Of a stretch of 42,720 nt of DNA, positions 36,663 through 42,720 are shown in pieces (within the stretch, counting starts at the first letter, position 1; each line of letters begins with the position of its first letter). Both the position numbers and the translations under genes were made by a program. This DNA comes from a virus. Its lineage: Duplodnaviria; Caudoviricetes. The DNA is taken from positions 1-42,720 of the IMG/VR virus record IMGVR_UViG_3300027819_000180. The stretch is one strand, 5' to 3'. The notes beneath the pieces are model-generated. The model was not told the origin of the DNA. It was given only the letters and a program-made list of their open reading frames with translations, and did no database searches.

Positions 36663-36953
36663 ATGAGTTACATCTCCCAGCATCAAAAAATAAAGAGCAT
36701 GTGCGCTGACGGGGAATTTCATTGTCAAAACGAGTTTCGGGCCAATTACATATTCAGTCCGCACAAGAGGCGGTGTGAAATCGAGGGAAGAAGAAACCAA
36801 AGAGAACCAATTACTGGAAAATTCTACTTCAGAGAAAGAAAATGTGAACATGGAGTTGGCGGGCAGAAGGATTATCTAATGGTCGAGAATCCTGATTATG
36901 TCCCGCCGAGAGAACTTACTTCCGAACAGATTTTGATTGAAGCAATGCGTTAA
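36663..36953 (+). CDS. Hypothetical protein
   Basis: 96 aa with A-rich leader. Confidence 0.6.
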   Translation: MSYISQHQKIKSMCADGEFHCQNEFRANYIFSPHKRRCEIEGRRNQREPITGKFYFRERKCEHGVGGQKDYLMVENPDYVPPRELTSEQILIEAMR

Positions 36954-36954
36954 A

Positions 36955-37098
36955 ATGGGAATCCGTCCAAAAATGCAAAAGTGCCAAAGATGCAAAAGAA
37001 AAAGAGACATACAACTGCTTTACCGTATTTTTAACGGGTTCAAAAAAGTATGGTTCTGTAACGATAACAATGAGTGCAAAAAGTTCGTTAAAAAATGA
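36955..37098 (+). CDS. Small Cys-containing protein (47 aa)
   Basis: CQRC...FC....EC; tiles between its neighbours. Confidence 0.5.
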   Translation: MGIRPKMQKCQRCKRKRDIQLLYRIFNGFKKVWFCNDNNECKKFVKK

Positions 37099-37262
37099 AA
37101 TATCTCATTATAATTTTTTTCTTATTCGCCAGTTTTGCTTACGCTTATGAGGTTAAAGTAACCGCTTCGGTAAATGCTTGGTATAGATGTGAAATTGTGA
37201 ATCTTGATTTAATATGTAATACTAATGCCCAGAAAATAATTATCAATAATAAAATCTGGTAA
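37095..37262 (+). CDS. Small protein with signal peptide (55 aa)
   Basis: MKYLIIIFFLFASFAYA; ATGA overlap. Confidence 0.5.
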   Translation: MKYLIIIFFLFASFAYAYEVKVTASVNAWYRCEIVNLDLICNTNAQKIIINNKIW

Positions 37263-37269
37263 AAGGGAA

Positions 37270-37755
37270 ATGAGTTTGATTTATAAGTCAGTCAGAGTGG
37301 GTCAGTTCGGGAAACCTTTTATTCTTTTCAAGTTTCAAACGATGTGTGATGGTGCGGAATGGATGGGTGGAAGTTCAACGGCTGATGATGACCCCAGAAT
37401 CACGAGGATAGGCAGGATTTTAAGGAAGACAAAACTTGACGAACTTCCGCAAATTTATAATTGGTTGAAAGGGGATATGGCCTTGATCGGCTGGCGACCC
37501 GAAGTCCCTGCTTACTTACATACCATTCCTACCGAGGTTTTGATGACTAAGCCAGGTATTCTGGGCTGGGCAACACTTTTTGATATAGACGAAGGAGCGA
37601 CACTGAAGGGCAGTAAAGACCCTGACAAGGACTACGAGGAGAAGATTCTGCCGATGAAAAGGGAACAAGAGTTGTATTATGTAAGGAACAAAAACTGGCG
37701 GCTTGACATTTTTATAGTTTTTGCTACTATTAAGAAAATACTCTTTCGTTCCTAA
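37270..37755 (+). CDS. Monotopic phosphoglycosyl transferase (PglC/WcaJ-type catalytic domain), N-terminally short
   Basis: RVG..GKPF...KFQTM, DDPRITRIGRILRKTKLDELPQ, GDMALIG.RPE, KPGI.GWA. Confidence 0.9.
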   Translation: MSLIYKSVRVGQFGKPFILFKFQTMCDGAEWMGGSSTADDDPRITRIGRILRKTKLDELPQIYNWLKGDMALIGWRPEVPAYLHTIPTEVLMTKPGILGWATLFDIDEGATLKGSKDPDKDYEEKILPMKREQELYYVRNKNWRLDIFIVFATIKKILFRS

Positions 37756-37764
37756 CCCACAAAA

Positions 37765-38325
37765 ATGGCGGAAATCAAAAAAATAAAATGTTCTACTTGC
37801 GGGAAAGCATTTATCCCAAAAGAGAATAGAAAGAATAGAAAAACAAAATTTTGTTCTCGAAAATGCATAAGAAATAGCACGCAATTTTCGTTAGGACATA
37901 AACGAACTCTTATTGGAAATAAAAGATGGGATAATCCTGAAACTAAAAAAGTGTGGTTCAAGAAGGGAGAAAAACCGCCATTTTCTTATTTTGGTTCTCC
38001 CAATTGGATTCCTTGGAATAAAGGATTGGATTTTGGCGGTCAGGAACGATTTAGGAATAAAATTATGGGTCTCACTATGTATCGAACTTGGAGAGAATTA
38101 ATAAGACAAAGGGATAATCAACGATGTGTTCTTTGTGGTGAATCTGATGAAAAACTTCATGTAGACCATTATCCCAAATCGTTTGCTAAAATCATTAGTG
38201 ATAATGGAATAGAAACTGTCCAACAAGCCAAACTTTGTAATGAGTTTTGGAGCTTAGATAACGCAAGAACATTATGTTTTCCTTGTCATAAAAAAACAGA
38301 AACTTATGGAAAAAGATTACGCTAA
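37765..38325 (+). CDS. HNH endonuclease
   Basis: CSTCGK..FCSRKC, PWNKG, RDNQRCVLC...LHVDH...NARTLCFPCH. Confidence 0.85.
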   Translation: MAEIKKIKCSTCGKAFIPKENRKNRKTKFCSRKCIRNSTQFSLGHKRTLIGNKRWDNPETKKVWFKKGEKPPFSYFGSPNWIPWNKGLDFGGQERFRNKIMGLTMYRTWRELIRQRDNQRCVLCGESDEKLHVDHYPKSFAKIISDNGIETVQQAKLCNEFWSLDNARTLCFPCHKKTETYGKRLR

Positions 38326-39064
38326 AATTGCAAAAGAAACGCGGTTAGAGGTTTTAAAAATGATTCATCGTGCGAAGACGAGTCACATTGCAAGTAATTT
38401 TTCTGCGGTAGATTTAGCTGTGGTTCTTTATGAAAATGCCGACCATTCAAAAGATAAAATTTGTTGGTCGAAAGGTTGGAGTGCGGCTTTAATATATTCG
38501 TTATTAGCGAGGCATGGGTTCATTCCGAAAGAAGATTTAGATAAGTTTCCTAACGCACCTTATTTAGGACTTGTCGAACCACCGATAAATGGAATATACG
38601 GAGCAGGAGGGTCGATGGGACATTTATTACCTATCGCAGTAGGAATGGCTCTTGGGAAAAAGTTGAAAGGCGAAGAAGGAAAGATTTACTGTGTGATGTC
38701 GGACGGAGAATTGAACGAAGGCACGACTTGGGAATCGGCTGCTCTTGCTTCGCATCATAAACTTGATAATCTTGTCGTCCTAATTGACGCGAACAAGTGG
38801 CAAGCAATGGGACGGACGAGTGAGGTTCTTAACTTTGAGCCGATTGAAAATGTCTGGCGGGGGTTCAAATGGTATGTCGAGAGAGTGGACGGACATAACT
38901 ATCAAGAGTTAGATGGAGTGATTAACGCTAGATTCCATTGGCCGACTGCGATAATCTGCGACACGATTAAAGGGAAAGGTGTTTTATTTTTTGAGAATAG
39001 TTTGCTTTACCATTATAAGAATGTGTCGGATGAGGAATACGAAAAAGCGATGTTAGAACTCTAA
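38306..39064 (+). CDS. Transketolase-like TPP-binding N-terminal subunit
   Basis: SHIASNFS, SKG, GSMGH, SDGELNEG..WE, TIKGKG. Confidence 0.92.
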   Translation: MEKDYAKIAKETRLEVLKMIHRAKTSHIASNFSAVDLAVVLYENADHSKDKICWSKGWSAALIYSLLARHGFIPKEDLDKFPNAPYLGLVEPPINGIYGAGGSMGHLLPIAVGMALGKKLKGEEGKIYCVMSDGELNEGTTWESAALASHHKLDNLVVLIDANKWQAMGRTSEVLNFEPIENVWRGFKWYVERVDGHNYQELDGVINARFHWPTAIICDTIKGKGVLFFENSLLYHYKNVSDEEYEKAMLEL

Positions 39065-39555
39065 TGAGAAAACCATTTATAACAACCTTGACTGAGTTAG
39101 CCGAGCGTGATGATAAAATTTTACTCATCATAGGGGATGTCGGATTTTCGTTTATTGAATTATATCGGGAAAAATTCCCGAAACAATTTCTTAATGTCGG
39201 GTGTCTGGAACAGACGATGATGGGCGTAGCGGTGGGGTTGGCTCGCGCCGGATTCAAGCCGTATGTTTACACGATGCGGAACTTTGTTGTCTTCCGGCCT
39301 TACGAGCAAGTCAGAAACGACATCGCATACGGAAACGCTAATGTTAAATTATTCGGTGTTGCTGGTTCGGCGGCTTACAAATTTTTGGGGTATAGCCATA
39401 ATACTTTCAAATACAAGAACGGGGTTGACGAAGATGTTGCGATGATGAGCGAACTGCCGAATATGAATGTCTATGTTCCGAAAACCGAAGAAGAAGTTAG
39501 GGAAAAGATGCTGAAAGAATACGAAAGGTCAGGGCCTGCGTATTTTGTAATATGA
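39064..39555 (+). CDS. Transketolase-like pyrimidine-binding subunit (no C-terminal domain)
   Basis: FLNVGCLEQTMMGVAVG, RPYEQVRND; ends at GPAYF. Confidence 0.88.
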   Translation: MRKPFITTLTELAERDDKILLIIGDVGFSFIELYREKFPKQFLNVGCLEQTMMGVAVGLARAGFKPYVYTMRNFVVFRPYEQVRNDIAYGNANVKLFGVAGSAAYKFLGYSHNTFKYKNGVDEDVAMMSELPNMNVYVPKTEEEVREKMLKEYERSGPAYFVI

Positions 39556-40388
39556 AGAATAAACGAATCTTAATCACCGGCGGAGCGGGGTCGATAGGTT
39601 CGGAACTTATCAAACAGCTTTACAAGCAAAACAAGATTTATATTTTAGATATAAATGAGAGCGGAATTTTTGATTTAATAGAAGGACTCGACGAAAAAAA
39701 GTTCGTTACTGGGAGAGTCGGAGATATAAGAGATTATAAAACGGTGGGAGATGTTTTTAGTGATTTTAAACCACAAATAATTTTTAATTGTGCCGCTTAT
39801 AAACACGTTCCTTTGATGGAGTATACTCCTATGGAGGCAATACAGACTAATATTTTAGGACACTATAATTTAATTCATTGTTCTAAAACGTGGGATTTTG
39901 TAGAAAAGTTCATTTTTATTAGTAGTGATAAAAGTGTAAACAATAATTCGATTATGGGGGTAAGTAAGAAAATGGGGGAGGTAATAACTTGTAATCAAGG
40001 TAGGGGTTATATCGCTGTTCGTTTCGGGAATGTTTTAGGTTCGCGGGGTAGCCTTTCAACAATTTGGCAAAGACAATTTGATTTAGGAAAACCTTTGACA
40101 GTTACGGATTCACGAATGGAACGTTATTTTATGTCTATTCAAGACGCTGTTAGACTTGTCATAAAAGCGACTGAAATTGGGAAGGGTGGAGAAGTAATTT
40201 GTTTAGATATGGGGAAAAGGGTTAATATTCTTGCTTTGGCTAAAAGATTGACAGAGGAAATAAAGTTTGGTAGTATAAAGATAAATGGAATGAGGGACGG
40301 TGAAACTTTAACCGAGGAATTGATGACTGAGGAAGAAACTAAACGGGCTTTTAAAAAAGATGAATTTTGGATTATACCTAAAATATGA
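39552..40388 (+). CDS. UDP-GlcNAc 4,6-dehydratase (CapD/PglF/FnlA-like)
   Basis: TGGAGSIGSEL, AAYKHVP, SSDK, VRFGNVLGSRGS, MERYFM. Confidence 0.92.
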   Translation: MKNKRILITGGAGSIGSELIKQLYKQNKIYILDINESGIFDLIEGLDEKKFVTGRVGDIRDYKTVGDVFSDFKPQIIFNCAAYKHVPLMEYTPMEAIQTNILGHYNLIHCSKTWDFVEKFIFISSDKSVNNNSIMGVSKKMGEVITCNQGRGYIAVRFGNVLGSRGSLSTIWQRQFDLGKPLTVTDSRMERYFMSIQDAVRLVIKATEIGKGGEVICLDMGKRVNILALAKRLTEEIKFGSIKINGMRDGETLTEELMTEEETKRAFKKDEFWIIPKI

Positions 40389-41011
40389 GAACAAGAGAGC
40401 AAATAAAAGAATATCAGAAGTTGTGGAGAAAACGGAATCCCGATAAGGGACGGGTTTATTCTAAGAGATGGAGGAAGAATAATTATCAAAAGTCATTAGA
40501 ATATCAAAGGGATTATCAAAAAAAATGGCGACAAGAAAATAGGCAAAAGAGTAGAGATGCAGTTAGAAAAAGTTATTATAAAAATCATGCTGAACGTCTA
40601 AAAGATAGAAGGGAATATTATAAAAAAAATAAGCAAAAGGAAAATAAATACCGTGTTAGATTGGCAATGGGTAAATATCGTAGTAATCCTGAAAGTTGGA
40701 TAATAATGAATTTAAGAAGTCGGTTGTTAAGGGTATTAAATCGCGGAACTCAAAAATTAAGAAAATCGGGACATACTTATAAATTATTAGGTGCAGATAT
40801 TGGAATGATAAAAAAGTATCTTGAAAAGAAATTCAAAAAAGGAATGACTTGGAATAATAGAGGAAAATGGCATATAGACCATATTAAACCGCTTTCGAGT
40901 TTTGATTTATCTAAATCTGAACAACAACAAAGAGCTTTCCATTATACAAACTTGCAACCTTTATGGGCGAAAGATAATTTAAAAAAAGGAAACAAATCAA
41001 ATGAAAGTTAG
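40385..41011 (+). CDS. HNH endonuclease (same type as 8658-9269)
   Basis: MTWNNRGKWHIDHIKP...FHYTNLQPLWAKDNLKKG. Confidence 0.85.
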   Translation: MRTREQIKEYQKLWRKRNPDKGRVYSKRWRKNNYQKSLEYQRDYQKKWRQENRQKSRDAVRKSYYKNHAERLKDRREYYKKNKQKENKYRVRLAMGKYRSNPESWIIMNLRSRLLRVLNRGTQKLRKSGHTYKLLGADIGMIKKYLEKKFKKGMTWNNRGKWHIDHIKPLSSFDLSKSEQQQRAFHYTNLQPLWAKDNLKKGNKSNES

Positions 41012-41996
41012 ATTTTTTAATCCAGCGTTAAGTTATCTAAAGCATAAAGCCGAGTTTGATTCCGAGATTCAGAGGGTTCTTTCCGCTGGGGATTTGATTT
41101 TACGGGACGATGTCGAGAAGTTCGAGGAAAATTTGGCAAAGTTCGTAGGCACAAAATACGCAGTAGGTCTTAATTCAGGCACGGATGCTTTGTATCTTGC
41201 GCTTAAAGTTCTCGGTGTAGGAAAAGGAGATGAGGTAATTGTTCCGAGCCATACTTTTGTTTCTACGATTCAGGTAATAGTTCAGTGCGGAGCTACGCCT
41301 GTTTTAGTGGATATGGACGGAAAGTTTGAAATCACGACAAAGACAAAAGTCATTTTACCAGTTCATATAGCTGGAGAAGTTCAAGAGATAAAAGTTCCGG
41401 CTTATGAAGATTTGTATCTTGTCGAAGATGCTTGTCAGGCATTAGGAGCCGTTAAAAATCCTACAAGTTCAGCTCAATGTTGGTCGTTTTATCCCGCTAA
41501 GATTCTCGGTGCATTCGGAGATGCGGGAGCTTTGACTACAAACGATGAAAATATCTACAACGAAGTCAAGGAATTAAGAGGACACTACAAAAAGGATTAC
41601 TCGAAGTGGGGCATCAATTCTCGAATGGATAACCTTCAAGCGGCGTGTCTAAATATCAAATTGAAATATCTCCCCGAAGTTTTGGCACGGAGAAAAGAAA
41701 TAGCTGAAATTTATCTGAAAGAATTAAAAGGGGTTGGCTTGCCGAACAATCAAGAAGGCCGCGTTTGGCAGGATTTCATTATCCGAACCGAAAAGAGAAA
41801 TGAGCTTTACCAGTTCTTGAAAGAACAAGGAATTGAAACGATGAAAAATCTTTATCCCTTCCCGATTCCTAAACTTCCCCTTTCGTTGAAATATGAAGCT
41901 GAAACTTTGCGGATTCCGTGTAACGAAAACTTGAAAGATTCTGAAGTCGAATATGTCATAGAAAAAATCAAAGAATGGACTACAAAATCTGCGTAA
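41001..41996 (+). CDS. DegT/DnrJ/EryC1/StrS PLP-dependent sugar aminotransferase
   Basis: NSGTDAL, EDACQALG, SFYPAKILGAFGDAG, GINSRMD. Confidence 0.93.
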   Translation: MKVRFFNPALSYLKHKAEFDSEIQRVLSAGDLILRDDVEKFEENLAKFVGTKYAVGLNSGTDALYLALKVLGVGKGDEVIVPSHTFVSTIQVIVQCGATPVLVDMDGKFEITTKTKVILPVHIAGEVQEIKVPAYEDLYLVEDACQALGAVKNPTSSAQCWSFYPAKILGAFGDAGALTTNDENIYNEVKELRGHYKKDYSKWGINSRMDNLQAACLNIKLKYLPEVLARRKEIAEIYLKELKGVGLPNNQEGRVWQDFIIRTEKRNELYQFLKEQGIETMKNLYPFPIPKLPLSLKYEAETLRIPCNENLKDSEVEYVIEKIKEWTTKSA

Positions 41997-42720
41997 AATG
42001 TGTCCTTGATAATTCAATAGACATAACTTTTGACGAAAAAGGAGTGTGTAATTTCTGCCGTCAATGGGAGAAAACCGAAAAGCAAAGAAAAGCCGAGAGT
42101 TATCATCCAGGCAAGGCGACTATCTTTTATCAGTTAAGAAAAGCAGGGGAAGGGAAACTTTACGATTGCCTTTTAGGGATGTCCGGCGGTGTTGATTCCT
42201 CGATGTGTTTGCATTATTTAGTAGAAAACGGAATCAGACCCTTGTGTTTCTCAATAGACAATGGCTGGCAGAGTAAGGAAGCTCAAGAAAATATAATGCG
42301 AATGGTTGAGAAGCTCAAAGTCCCGTTTTATAGATTCACGATTAACCTTAAAGAATTCGGAGATTTACAAAGCGCGTTCATTCAATCAGGTGTTAAGAAT
42401 TTGGAGGTAACAACAGACCATATCTTAATGGCTTCGACCTATTTAATGGCTTACGATAACGGGATTAAATACATCATTTCGGGTGGGAATCACGCTACCG
42501 AAGGCGTTTTGCCGGAATTCTATGGTTATAATGCGCGGGATTTGAGAAACATAAAAGCCATCTTCAAAAAGTTCAATGGGCGGAACTTAAAAGACCTGCC
42601 GATGATTTCTCTGCCGAAGTATTTGTATTGTCGGTTCATAAAGAAAATTAAGGTTATTAACTTGCTTGATTTTTATGAGTATCGGCGGGAAGAATCAATA
42701 AAACTTTTGGAAAGGGAATA
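41975..42720 (+). CDS. N-acetyl-sugar amidotransferase (WbuX/WbpG family), N-terminal part; continues to 437 (351 aa total; absent from ORF track)
   Basis: Manual translation: MDYKICVKCVLD...GVCNFC...YDCLLGMSGGVDSS (PP-loop)...DNGW...TTDH...SGGNHATEG. Confidence 0.9.
   Translation, partial: MDYKICVKCVLDNSIDITFDEKGVCNFCRQWEKTEKQRKAESYHPGKATIFYQLRKAGEGKLYDCLLGMSGGVDSSMCLHYLVENGIRPLCFSIDNGWQSKEAQENIMRMVEKLKVPFYRFTINLKEFGDLQSAFIQSGVKNLEVTTDHILMASTYLMAYDNGIKYIISGGNHATEGVLPEFYGYNARDLRNIKAIFKKFNGRNLKDLPMISLPKYLYCRFIKKIKVINLLDFYEYRREESIKLLERE
42595..42720. repeat. Terminal direct repeat, right copy
   Basis: Identical to 2-127. Confidence 0.95.

Noticed and set aside
169-42017. Minus-strand ORFs in the track
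   Set aside because: Nearly all are shadows of well-supported + strand genes and none shows a recognisable motif.
42595-42720. Biological terminal repeat or att site
   Set aside because: It lies mid-gene and its length fits an assembly k-mer overlap; no integrase is present.
1-42720. Stop-codon reassignment
   Set aside because: Genes are full length under code 11, and TGA, TAG and TAA all end genes at tight overlaps.

Overview
The window is an apparently complete, circularly permuted genome of about 42.6 kb from a tailed dsDNA phage. Bases 2-127 recur at 42595-42720 and one gene reads across the join. Essentially all credible genes are on the + strand. There are four regions: (i) an unusually large (~15 kb) nucleotide-sugar/glycan biosynthesis cluster spanning the join (37270-42720 plus 1-9651) and running directly into the terminase genes; (ii) podovirus-type virion genes (TerS, PBSX-type TerL, portal, scaffold, capsid with a large insertion, tail and ejection proteins); (iii) lysis genes (M23 peptidase, holin-like); (iv) a small-gene early region with structured RNAs, a C5-methyltransferase-like gene and a NinG-like gene. 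Eight HNH endonuclease genes are scattered through the genome. No integrase, polymerase, helicase or primase is recognisable. A-rich leaders without Shine-Dalgarno (SD) sites, and the gene content, suggest a CPR/Patescibacteria-type host, but this is inference. Strongest leads: a phage glycan pathway whose phosphoglycosyl transferase lacks its membrane helix and which has no export machinery; an intron-less HNH that appears to split a gene and supplies the restart codon from its own 3' end; a WbuX-type amidotransferase paired with a lone CTP-synthase glutaminase domain; an unclassified ~235-nt multibranched RNA; and DnaA-box-like sites next to four promoters. All family calls come from reading motifs by eye, not from database searches.
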